NCBI GenBank assembly: GCA_963793425.1
Contig: CAWCAG010000009.1
Span: 896,001-960,000 of the forward strand
Direction of reading: 5' to 3'
Length of the DNA: 64,000 nt
DNA from: an uncultured cyanobacterium
GTDB lineage: Bacteria; Cyanobacteriota; Cyanobacteriia; Cyanobacteriales; CAWCAG01
Under the pieces are notes generated by a model, which saw only the letters and a program-made list of their open reading frames with translations, had not been told where the DNA came from and ran no database searches. A program made the position numbers and the translations under genes. Positions 1 through 11,300 of the stretch are shown here, piece after piece. Position 1 is the stretch's first letter. Every line of letters begins with the position of its first letter.

Positions 1-303
1 AAAAACTCGTTGAGGCTGATTTCGCCAAAAAAAAGTAACTAAGGAAGCGATTAAATTCAACCTTTCTCGCCAAGGAGAAGCCCCTTTAAGATAATGAAAC
101 TTGATCCCACTCTCTTTCTCTTCTAAAGGATTATCATCCTCAGAACTATCCCGGAGTAAAAATACTTCTCCTCGTCGAGAAGGGCTTAAACTTAGATAAG
201 CTTGTAAAATATCCTTGACATAGGATTGAATTCCTCCTTCTTGGGAGAAAATCTTAAGGAAGACAAAAACATCATTTACTTTTACTTCAACGTTTTGAGC
301 CAC
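1..303 (-). CDS. Probable glycosyltransferase (GT4-like), N-terminal part only; runs off the window start and has an apparent frameshift near 170-180
   Basis: Manual translation from GTG at 303 gives ...FVFLKIFSQEGGIQSYVKDILQAYL..., continuing in another frame as GEVFLLRDSSEDDNPL...IKFHYLK. The EGGIQSY motif resembles GT-B/GT4 N-termini, and the ORF lies directly downstream of gmd. Confidence 0.5.
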   Translation of the reverse strand, partial: MAQNVEVKVNDVFVFLKIFSQEGGIQSYVKDILQAYLSLSPSRRGEVFLLRDSSEDDNPLEEKESGIKFHYLKGASPWRERLNLIASLVTFFWRNQPQRVF

Positions 304-328
304 AACTTGAAGATTTACCGGAGAAGAA

Positions 329-1321
329 CTATTTTTGAGCATTTACGGGTTGAATTGAACCTGTTTTCAAACGTTCTAAATCTTTGAGAACCATCTTCTT
401 TATAAGAGCTTCAAAACTAACTTGTGGTTCCCAACGGAGATTTTGTTTAGCTTTGGTGGGGTTAGCAACTAGTTGGAAATGTTCGTCAGGCCGCAGAAAT
501 TTAGGATTAATTACTACATATTCTTCCCAATTCAAATCTAAACATTGAAAAGCTGCGGCTACTAAATCTTTAACGCTATGGAGTTTCCCCGTACCAATCA
601 CATAATCTTCTGGTTCATCGGCTTGCAACATACGCCACATCGCATCCACATGATCCCCTGCATAACCCCAATCTCGCTTTGCTTCTAAGCTACCCATTTC
701 TAAACTAGTACTCAACCCTAACTTAATAGCTGCGGCGGCTAAGGTAACTTTTCTGGTTACGAAAGCCGGGGGACGCAAAGGAGATTCATGGTTAAACAGG
801 ATACCACTACAAGCAAATAAGCCGTACCTCTGACGGTGGTGTACCATTGTCCAATGGGCATGAACTTTCGCTGCGGCATAGGGATTTTTAGGCCGCATGG
901 GGGTTTCTTCATCCTGGGGAGAACAGTCTATCTCACCGAACATCTCCGAACTACTAGCTTGATAAAATCTACTAGGAATACCAACTTGCCGAACTGCATT
1001 AAGGAGACGGGTAGCAGTACCTGTAATTAAGTCTAGGGTTCCCAAAGGGTCATCCCAAGAAGCAGGAACAAAACTAGGGGCAGCTAAGTTATAAATTTCA
1101 TTAGGGCGTAGTTGTTCAACAACCTCGTATAAAGCTTGATTGTCAGTCAACTCAGCAGCACAAACATCAATTTTGCTAGCCATTTTCCCCAATTTAGCAA
1201 TGCTTGCTTGCCTTTGGGGAGGGATTAGACCTGCTACCCGATAGCCTTTATCTAAAAGCAAACGACTGAGATAGTAACCGTCTTGACCAGTAATTCCAGT
1301 AATTAATGCTGTTTTTGTCAT
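329..1321 (-). CDS. gmd: GDP-mannose 4,6-dehydratase
   Basis: ALITGITGQDG Rossmann motif, YNLAA, FYQASSSEMFG, PYAAAK, GILFNHESP and RDWGYAGD. Confidence 0.93.
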   Translation of the reverse strand: MTKTALITGITGQDGYYLSRLLLDKGYRVAGLIPPQRQASIAKLGKMASKIDVCAAELTDNQALYEVVEQLRPNEIYNLAAPSFVPASWDDPLGTLDLITGTATRLLNAVRQVGIPSRFYQASSSEMFGEIDCSPQDEETPMRPKNPYAAAKVHAHWTMVHHRQRYGLFACSGILFNHESPLRPPAFVTRKVTLAAAAIKLGLSTSLEMGSLEAKRDWGYAGDHVDAMWRMLQADEPEDYVIGTGKLHSVKDLVAAAFQCLDLNWEEYVVINPKFLRPDEHFQLVANPTKAKQNLRWEPQVSFEALIKKMVLKDLERLKTGSIQPVNAQK

Positions 1322-1445
1322 GAGAGGAGAGAAAGCAGGGAGTAGGGAGCAGGGGGCAGGGAAGGCATAAGTATTATACTTATTGCCTGTTACCGATTAC
1401 TTGCTGTTGTGCAGCACCATTCACTGTTATAGCATTAGACACAAC

Positions 1446-1504
1446 TAACGCCTGGAATAGCCTTTTTCTACTAGTTGCCGTAAAAAAAGTAATTCCAGGC
1501 GTTA
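1446..1504 (-). terminator. Stem-loop downstream of petD (terminator or 3' stabiliser of petBD)
   Basis: 13-bp perfect inverted repeat TAACGCCTGGAAT / ATTCCAGGCGTTA, about 30 nt after the petD stop. Confidence 0.65.
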
Positions 1505-1533
1505 AATTTTTTAAAATTGACTCAATCTTTGTT

Positions 1534-2015
1534 TTAGAACAAACCCAAAGTTAGAGATTCGTCAATGGGGAAGGTTGCACCCGCACCCAACCATAAAGTA
1601 ACTATAGTTCCGAAGAGGAAGACTGCGGTAGCTACAGGACGGCGGAAGGGGTTTTGGAACTTGTTGACGTTCTCAATAAAAGGTATGATCATTAAACCCA
1701 AAGGAATACTAGCTTGAGCCGCAATTCCTAAAAGTTTATTTGGTAGAACGCGCAAAATTTGGAAGGTGGGATATAAATACCACTCAGGAAGAATTTCTAA
1801 AGGAGTAGCAAAAGGATTAGCAGGTTCTCCTATCATAGCAGGATCAAGAACAGCTAAACCGACGCAAAGCCCGATAGTTCCGGCGATGACAATCGGGAAG
1901 ACATAAAGTAAGTCATTGGGCCAAGCAGGTTCGCCATAATAGTTATGACCCATGCCTTTGGCCAATTTGCCCGTAGTTTAGGATCTGTGAGATCCGGCTT
2001 TTTTAAAGTTGACAT
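1534..2015 (-). CDS. petD: Cytochrome b6f complex subunit IV; true start ATG at 2015, with a 1-nt frameshift near 1965
   Basis: Manual translation from 2015 gives [16 protein letters not shown], then a missing A in an A-run, then [21 protein letters not shown]...ILPEWYL. Lies downstream of petB. Confidence 0.97.
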
Positions 2016-2060
2016 TGTTGTGGGTTTTCTCCTTAATTAACTTTGTTATCGGCAAGCAGT

Positions 2061-2729
2061 TTATAAAGGACCGGAAATACCTTGTTTGCGAATCATCAAG
2101 AAGTGAAACAACATGAAGACAGCAATTAACCAAGGTAAAACGAAGGTGTGAAGGCTATAGAAACGAGTTAAGGTTCCCTGACCAACACTAGTTCCGCCTC
2201 TGAGTAATTCCACCATTGTAGTACCGACTACAGGGATAGCTTCAGGAATACCGGAAACGATTTTAACCGCCCAGTAACCTACTTGGTCCCAAGGCAGAGA
2301 GTAACCAGTTACCCCAAAGGTGACGGTGATTACAGCTAAAATTACACCACTAATCCAGGTTAACTCACGGGGCTTCTTGAAACCGCCGGTGAGATAAACT
2401 CGGAAAGTGTGGAGAATCATCATCAAGACCATCATACTGGCAGACCAGCGATGGACAGAGCGAATCAGCCAACCAAAGTTGACATCATTCATGATGTACT
2501 GTACTGAAGAAAAGGCCTCAGTTACCGTCGGACGGTAATAAAAGGTCATGGCGAAACCAGTGGCAAACTGGATGATGAAGCAAACTAGGGTAATGCCACC
2601 TAAGCAATAAAAGATATTGACATGGGGTGGTACATACTTGCTAGTGATGTCTTCATCGAGGGCCTGTAATTCTAGGCGTTCGTCGAACCATTTAAATGGT
2701 TTGGTGTTCGTTACTTGTTTAGAGAACAT
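2061..2729 (-). CDS. petB: Cytochrome b6
   Basis: [36 protein letters not shown] and C-terminal RKQGISGPL. Confidence 0.99.
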   Translation of the reverse strand: MFSKQVTNTKPFKWFDERLELQALDEDITSKYVPPHVNIFYCLGGITLVCFIIQFATGFAMTFYYRPTVTEAFSSVQYIMNDVNFGWLIRSVHRWSASMMVLMMILHTFRVYLTGGFKKPRELTWISGVILAVITVTFGVTGYSLPWDQVGYWAVKIVSGIPEAIPVVGTTMVELLRGGTSVGQGTLTRFYSLHTFVLPWLIAVFMLFHFLMIRKQGISGPL

Positions 2730-2939
2730 TTGTGAGTTTTAAGACTAAAACATTTAGGAGGAATATAAGAGCATAGAGGAAAGATAACAGTTCTATGCTT
2801 TGATTAAAACTTGTTTTACCTCTTTACTTATCGTAACAAAATTCTCAGCTAGGATCGCTTTCCTAACTGGATAATCACTTAATTATCTATAATTTTGTAC
2901 ATTTAAAGTACTGTTAATAAAAAAGTTATTTTACTACCT

Positions 2940-4220
2940 ATGCCGAAAAGCTCGTTTTGGGTCAAAATCCTGCTTATTGTCTCTGTGATTTGTGCTAATT
3001 TCTGGTGGATGCCCAGTGCTTCTGCTTTTAGTGATGACCAGAAGTTATTCTTACAATCTTGGCGCATTGTTAATCAATCTTATATTGATGATACTTTCAA
3101 TCACCAAAATTGGTGGTTTTTGCGTCAGAAGTATTTAAAGCAGAGATTTGAGCAGCGAGAAGATGCCTATACTGCTATTGAAGAGATGCTGGCTAGTCTT
3201 GATGATCCTTTTACCAGATTATTGCGGCCAGAGCAGTATCGTAGTTTGCAAGTGAATACTTCAGGAGAATTATCAGGAGTTGGCTTGCAAATTGACCTTA
3301 ATTCAGAAACAGGGGTTTTGCAAGTAATCTCTCCCATTGCGGGTTCTCCAGCCGAAGAAGCGGGGATTCAAGCTAAAGATACTATTTTGGCTATTAATGG
3401 GGCGAGGACTGCTAATTTCACCCTAGATGAAGCAGCTATGGCGATGCGAGGAAAGATTGGTACGAAAGTAACTTTAACGATCCAATCTCCTGAAAAGCAA
3501 ACAAGTAGAAATGTGGAAATTATCCGCGATCGCATTGCCCTTAATCCTGTTTCTACTAAGTTAGATAATAGCCATGAAGAACTCCCTGTTGGTTATATTC
3601 GTCTCAATCAATTTAGCGCCAATGCCACCCAAGAATTAGCTAAGGCGATCGCGGATTTAGATGGGCAAGGGGCAGATGCTTACTTATTAGATTTGCGTAA
3701 CAATCCGGGGGGACTATTACAAGCAGGTATTGAAATTGCTCGTCTTTGGTTAGATGATGGCACTGTGGTTTATACCGTCAATCGCCAAGGAATGCTGGAT
3801 AGTTTCGCGGCACAGGGTTCTGCCCTTACTGATGAACCATTAGTTCTTTTGGTTAATCAAGGTACAGCCAGTGCCAGTGAAATTCTTGCTGGTGCTTTGC
3901 AAGATAACGGTAGGGCGAAGCTAGTGGGGGAGAAAACTTTTGGTAAGGGTTTGATTCAATCTTTATTTGAACTTCCTGATGGTTCGGGAATAGCCGTAAC
4001 CGTAGCCAAGTACGAAACTCCTAACCATACCGATATTAATAAGCAAGGCATTGCACCGGATCTCGTTGTTTCTCAAGAACCCATCACCTACAAACAAATT
4101 GGTACAGAAGCTGATCTGCAATACCACCAAGCAGTAGAATTATTAACTACTGGTAAAGTAATTAATAGAAGCCAACTAGCAATTGGCACAGAGCAAGAAA
4201 AGCTGATAACTGATCATTAA
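2940..4220 (+). CDS. ctpA: Carboxyl-terminal processing protease (S41, PDZ domain), D1-processing CtpA
   Basis: Signal peptide, PDZ (GVGLQI), LDLRNNPGG, TASASEI and TFGKGLIQ; divergent from petB, a common cyanobacterial arrangement. Confidence 0.9.
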   Translation: MPKSSFWVKILLIVSVICANFWWMPSASAFSDDQKLFLQSWRIVNQSYIDDTFNHQNWWFLRQKYLKQRFEQREDAYTAIEEMLASLDDPFTRLLRPEQYRSLQVNTSGELSGVGLQIDLNSETGVLQVISPIAGSPAEEAGIQAKDTILAINGARTANFTLDEAAMAMRGKIGTKVTLTIQSPEKQTSRNVEIIRDRIALNPVSTKLDNSHEELPVGYIRLNQFSANATQELAKAIADLDGQGADAYLLDLRNNPGGLLQAGIEIARLWLDDGTVVYTVNRQGMLDSFAAQGSALTDEPLVLLVNQGTASASEILAGALQDNGRAKLVGEKTFGKGLIQSLFELPDGSGIAVTVAKYETPNHTDINKQGIAPDLVVSQEPITYKQIGTEADLQYHQAVELLTTGKVINRSQLAIGTEQEKLITDH

Positions 4221-4244
4221 TCATTGATAACTGATAATTGATAA
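4202..4244. repeat. Heptamer STRR-type tandem repeat ((C/T)TGATAA-like) overlapping the ctpA 3' end
   Basis: ctgataa ctgatca ttaatca ttgataa ctgataa ttgataa. Confidence 0.6.
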
Positions 4245-4245
4245 T

Positions 4246-4632
4246 ATGTTTGCTGGAAAAAGACCAAATCAATTAGGGGTGCGCGACGGTAAACTAACTC
4301 CTTGCCCTGGTACACCTAACTGCGTTAACTCTCAAAGCGATCGCCCCCAAGAGGAAATCCCACCTCTTGCCTACGATTCAACTCCAGAAGTGGCTATGGC
4401 GAAGTTGAAAGGAGTTGTGGAAGGGATGGAGAGGACAAAAATTGTCGAAGAAAGTTCTCATTATCTCTATGCTGAATTTACGAGCAAGTTAATGGGGTTT
4501 GTGGATGATGTTGAATTTCATCTCAACGAAGCAACAAAAGTAATTGATGTTCGTTCTGCTTCTCGCTTAGGAAAGTCAGATTTAGGGGTTAATCGTCAGC
4601 GTGTAGAAGAAATTCGAGAAAAGTTTGAGTGA
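4246..4632 (+). CDS. DUF1499 family protein
   Basis: LTPCPGTPNCVNSQ, GFVDDVEF and VRSASRLGKSDLGVNRQR motifs. Confidence 0.85.
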   Translation: MFAGKRPNQLGVRDGKLTPCPGTPNCVNSQSDRPQEEIPPLAYDSTPEVAMAKLKGVVEGMERTKIVEESSHYLYAEFTSKLMGFVDDVEFHLNEATKVIDVRSASRLGKSDLGVNRQRVEEIREKFE

Positions 4633-5314
4633 TTCCCTGAAATAGGAGTTATTCACAGAAATGCTGTTTATTTCTACCCAGCAATCAACTGTAGTAGCTC
4701 CTTTACTGAGTGACGGGTGACTAGGAGAATGTTTGAATGCACATCAGCTAGGAAGTTTTTGCAACCGTATTTTAGCTGAAGAGAAAAGAGCTTTGTTATT
4801 GAAGAAAATAGTGATAATTACTTGAGCAACTCTGAAGGTATTTTCAAGAAATAGTATCATCCCCCTTAACAGAGAATTTGAAACCAATTACAGTTTTATT
4901 ACAGTGTCCCTGATGGGTTTTGTGAAGTTTTGTAATAAAAATTGGCTTGTTGCATAATATCGAGTGTTTTTCCCTGAGAAGACTTTAGTGGGAGTTCTGA
5001 ATCGCTCTTTTTGAGTAAGTCAGTTTTTTCACTGTGACTAACCATATCTCTGCTTTCTGGAGTTTATGGGATGGGTTTCACTTTGGCGATATTTGTTTAT
5101 TTTTTCTATTCTAACCAGGGGAATTGATTATGGATTTGCTTAATACTGAGTCTCAAGTTTTTGGTTTGGAAGATTGGTTGAGTAAGGATGCTTTTAGCAA
5201 TTTGTTAGAGGTTGTTGGTGATTTTTTTGAGAGTACAGATGTTGCGGAAACTATTTTATAAAGCAATCTTTTCAAGAAGAACACCAGAAACATAATTAAC
5301 GAAGTAAATAACTT

Positions 5315-8300
5315 ATGAGTAGTCCAAATGTTAGTCCAATTCTTAGCGGAAAGTTATGGAATTCAAATTCGATAACTTATAGCTTCATCACAGATGAGTC
5401 AAAGGATCTCTACGAACATAAAACAAAAAACAGGAAGATTGTTGCACAATCAGTTACTTCTGATGTAGTTGATTTTGTTGAAGATATATTTGAAAAAGTA
5501 TTCGAGCCATTTATTAATCTTGACTTTAGCAAGGAAGAAGAAATTGTTGAAGATACAACTTTTGGTTTCTTACCATTAGTTCCTGAAAAAAAGCTAACTA
5601 ATGCGGGAATTATCAGAATCATGTTCGACAACGACATGACTGCACCAGGAGCCGCATTCTATCCCGGCGATACTAGCTACAAGAGTAAGTATGGAGATAT
5701 ATTCCTCAATCCTTTAGAAGATTTTTCTCTCGGACCTTCTAGCGAAAGATATAAAACGCTTATTCACGAAATAGGCCACGCTTTGGGATTACAACATCCT
5801 CATAAGGGCGGAATGGCAACTTCAGAAGATAATGGTTCCAATACTGTGATGAGTTATAACCATACTTCTCCCTATTATCCAATATCTTTAATGCCCTACG
5901 ATATGTTTGCATTGCAGACATTATATGGAGCTAAGGGCAAGTATGGTGGCAATGAAGAGACGATATATAAATTTCGCTCAGTTTTTGAATATTCTGTTGA
6001 TGGGACTGACTATTACAAGTTTAGTACTGATTCGTCTAAAGAATCTGCTAGTCCATCCAAAAATACTTTGTGGGATAGTGGAGGTGATAGTGATGTTTTA
6101 AATCTCTCTTTTCTCAAACCCGAATCAATTCCAGTAAGTGGATTTCACTACTATTTCAACATAAACCCTGGCGGAGTTATTACCACAGCCAAGTCCTATT
6201 ATGTAGGTAAAAGCTATGACCCCGTTGATTCTACGGGCGAAGGGGATTCTAGTTTACCGGAGGAAAAAGCGATCTCCTATGGAACTTTTCTTGCTTACAG
6301 CATTGGTGAGTTCGATGCAACTATAGAAAACTTAATTGGTTCTAAAGGAAATGACGAAATCATCGGGAACTATAAGAGCAACGATATTAAAGGTGGCTCT
6401 GGTAACGACACCATCTATGGTCAAGCTGGAGAAGACACTCTCGTTGGTGGTGATGGCAGCGACACTATTTATGGTGGAACAGAGGACAATTCCAGAGATG
6501 AAATTGATGGCGGTTCAGGCATAGACTACCTACATGGTGAAACAGGTAACGACTATATAGAAGGAGGAACAGAAGGTGATTTTCTCTATGGTGGCCCTGA
6601 CGATGATCAACTGAGAGGTGATAGTGGAGATGACCTTATTAACGGAGAAGATGGTTTTGATACAGTCATTTACTTCAATTCTCCTAACGGTGTCATTGTC
6701 AACATTGATCAAGCTAACAGCTATGGTCACAACAGGACTGCTCGGTATAATCAAGAAGTTAGTGCTATCAATCCTGACGGGTATTATCGAGATTTAGAGA
6801 GAAGCTTCAGTATCAATGCTGGAAAAGCGATTGATGGTTTTGACAACACAGACACTCTGCAAGATATAGAAGGTATCACTGGCTCCGAATACAGTGATAT
6901 TCTTATAGGCAATACTGCAAATAATACAGTTAGTGCGCTGGGTGGAGATGACTTAGTTTTCGGTACAGTTGGAAATGATAGTCTTTATGGAGGAAGTGGT
7001 ACTGACACTATTAGCTATCGTCGTGCTTCATCAGGAGTCAATGTTGATTTATTTATTATTCCATTTGCTAATGGTGGTCAAGCTTTTAGTGATGGTGAAG
7101 GTGGCACAGACATCCTCATTAACTTTGAAAATATTGTTGGCTCAGAACATAACGATACCCTAATAGGAAATTTAGGAAGCAATGTTATCACAGGCGGAAA
7201 CGGTGTTGATGTTATTAATGGTGATGCAGGAAATGACTTTCTCTATGGGGAACGTGGTAACGACACTATTATCGGTGGACTAGGCGAAGATACAATTTAT
7301 GGCAATCAAGGTGTAGACACCATTTGGGGAGACTTAGAAGGTGATGCTGACTCTGGTTTTGCTGATACTATTCGCGGTGGTGACGGAGACGACATAATCC
7401 ATGCTGGCGGTGCTGATGACTGGGTTAAAGGTGATAGCGGCTACGGTGATGACCAAATTTGGGGAGATGCAGGTAACGATCTTCTAGAAGGCGGTGTTGG
7501 AAATGACGCTATCTGGGGAGGTACAGGGGAAGACTTCATCTATGGTCAAGATGATAATGACACCATCTACGGAGAATCTGGGGAAGACTACATTGAAGGC
7601 AATGCTGGTAATGACTTCATCAACGGTAACGATGGGGATGATACCATTTCCGGTAATCAAGACGATGACACTATTTATGGTGACAGTGGGAATGACAATA
7701 TAACTGGAGATGATGGTCAAGACTACATTGAAGGAAATCTAGGGGAAGATATTATCTCCGGTGGAAATGATAACGATGAAATCTACGGTAATGAAGGAAA
7801 TGACCTCATCAATGGTGATGCTGGAGATGACACTATCGCTGGTAATCAAGACAACGACACTATTTACGGTGACGATGGCGACGATAATATAACTGGCGAT
7901 GATGGTCAAGACTATATCGAAGGTAACTTAGGTGAAGATATTATCTCTGGAGGTAATGACAACGACGAAATTTACGGCAATGAAGGGGATGACCTGATTA
8001 ATGGTGATGCTGGAGATGACACTATTGCTGGTAATCAAGACAACGACATTATTTACGGTGACGATGGCGACGATAATATAACTGGCGATGATGGTCAAGA
8101 CTATATCGAAGGTAACTTAGGTGAAGATATTATCTCTGGAGGTAATGACAACGACGAAATCTATGGCAACGAAGGTAACGACCTGATTAATGGTGGTGCT
8201 GGAAATGACACTATTTTTGGTAATCAAGACAACGACACCATTTACGGTGACGATGGTAATGACAACATTAGCGGTAACGATGGTCAGGATTACATCGAAG

Positions 8301-11300
8301 GTAATCTAGGGGAAGATATTATCTCTGGTGGTAACGACAATGATGAAATCTACGGCAATGAAGGTGAAGACCTCATCAACGGCAACAACGGAGATGACCA
8401 AATCTCAGGAAACGAAGATAACGACACCATTTACGGTGACGACGGCGAAGACAATATAACTGGTGATGATGGTCAAGACTATATTGAAGGTAACTTAGGA
8501 GATGACACAATCTCCGGTGGTAACGATAACGATGAAATCCTTGGTAATGAAGGTAATGACCTGATTAACGGCGATGCCGGAGACGACACTATTTACGGCA
8601 ACGAAGATGATGACGAAATTTATGGAGATGACGGGCAAGACTACATCGAAGGAAACTTAGGCAAAGACAACATCTCCGGTGGTAACGACAACGACGAAAT
8701 CTACGGCAACGAAGGTGACGACCTTATCAACGGTAATGCTGGAGATGATACCATCGCTGGTAACGAAGACAATGATGAAATCTACGGCAACGAAGGCAAT
8801 GACCTCATTAATGGTGATGCCGGAGATGACACTATTTACGGTAATGAAGATGATGATGAAATCTACGGTGATGATGGTAATGACAATATTAGCGGTAACG
8901 ATGGTCAAGACTACATTGAAGGAAACTTAGGTGAAGATACTATCTCTGGAGGTAACGACAACGACGAAATCTACGGCAATGAAGGCAATGACCTCATTAA
9001 TGGTGATGCCGGAGATGACACTATTTACGGCAATGGAGATGATGACGAAATCTACGGTGATGATGGTCAAGATTACATTGAAGGAAACTTAGGCAAAGAC
9101 AACATTTCTGGAGGTAATGACAACGATGAAATCTTTGGTAATGAAGGTAATGACCTGATTAACGGCGATGCTGGAAATGACACTATTTACGGTAACGAAG
9201 ACGACGATGAAATTTATGGAGATGACGGGCAAGACTACATCGAAGGAAACTTAGGAAATGACACCATCTCCGGTGGCAACGATAACGACGAAATCTATGG
9301 CAACGAAGGTGACGACCTCATCAATGGTAATGCTGGTGATGACACTATCGCTGGTAATGAAGACAACGATGAAATCTACGGCAACGAAGGTAACGACCTC
9401 ATCAACGGTAACGATGGAGATGACCAAATCTCAGGAAACGAAGACAACGACACCATTTACGGTGATGACGGCAATGACAACATAACTGGTGATGATGGTC
9501 AAGACTATATTGAAGGTAACTTAGGAGATGACACCATCTCCGGCGGTAACGATAACGATGAAATCTTTGGTAACGAAGGTGATGACCTTATCAACGGTGA
9601 CAATGGAGATGACACCATTGCTGGAAATCAAGACAACGACACCATTTACGGTGATGATGGCAATGACAATATAACTGGCGATGATGGTCAAGACTATATT
9701 GAAGGGAACTTAGGAGATGACACTATCTCTGGCGGTAACGATAACGACGAAATCTTTGGTAATAAAGGTGAAGACCTCATCAACGGTAACGACGGTGATG
9801 ACACTATTGCCGGAAACCAAGACAATGACACCATTTACGGTGACGGCGGTGACGACACCATAACCGGAGATTCTGGTCAAGACTACATCGAAGGTAACAA
9901 CGGCGATGACACTATTTCCGGTGGTGACGATAACGATGAAATCTACGGCAATCAAGGGGAAGACATCATCAATGGTAACGACGGTGATGACATTATTGCC
10001 GGAAACCAAGACAACGATACTATTTATGGTGATGATGGCGACGACAATATAACTGGAGATAATGGTCGAGATTACATCGAAGGTAACGACGGTAATGACA
10101 ACATTTCTGGTGGCAGGGATGGAGACACCATCTTAGGTGGTCAAGGAGAAGATAACATTACTGGTGATGGCGGCGATGACACCATCAACGGTAACTCTGG
10201 AGACGATATTATCTCCGGCGGACTCAACAACGACACCATATTTGGTGATGAAGGTGAAGATTACATTGACGCTGGTGCAGGTAATGACTTTGCTGATGGC
10301 GGCGACGGTATTGACTTAATTTACGGTCGTGAAGGTGAAGATACCCTTGATGGCGGTGCTGGAGATGATCAAATCTTTGGTGAAGCGGGCAATGATACCC
10401 TCCTTGGTTCAGAGGGTCAAGACTATTTCGATGGTGATATCGGCAGCGACTATCTTGATGGCGGTAATGACGATGACCAAATGTTTGGTCGAGAAGGAAA
10501 TGACTACCTCTACGGCGGCGCAGGCAATGACAATCTTGATGCTGCTGAAGGAAATGACGAACTGTTCGGTGGTGATGGTAACGACAACCTCAATGCTGGT
10601 AATGGCAACGACATCCTCTCCGGTGGCAATGGCAACGATAACCTTGATGCGGGAACTGGAGAAGACTATCTCGAAGGGGGTACAGGCAATGACATCCTTA
10701 ATGCTGGTGCAGGAGATGATGTAGCAGAAGGTGGCGACGGTGATGACCAGATTGAAGGTGGTGACGGTAGTGACTACCTCAATGGTGGTGGAGGTGATGA
10801 TAATATTGCCGCAGGTGCAGGAGATGATCTTCTCCTGGGTGGTGCAGGCAACGACACCATGGCAGGCGATGATGGGGATGATGAACTCTATGGCGGCGAA
10901 GGTAACGACTCCCTTGATGGTGGTAATGGTGATGATATCCTTGATGCCGGAGAAGGCAACGACTCCTTAATTGGTGGGGCAGGAGATGATGAACTCTATG
11001 GTGGTGATGGTGACGACTTCCTTGATGGAGGAGATGGCAGCGACTTCATTGATGGTGGTGCAGGAGTTGACCAAGTTACCTTTGCTACCTCAACCGTAGG
11101 AGTTCGCATTAACCTTGATGACGAAAATAGCTACGAATACCATGACTACGAATATTGTGACAACGACTGCGACATTGAAGTTGCCAATCCTGAACCAAGA
11201 TTTGCCCTAGATCCTGGTGAAGTTTATGATGAAATGGATGCCAGCGACACCCTGGTTAACATTGAAGACATTATTGCCTCCAACCAAGATGATGTCATGA

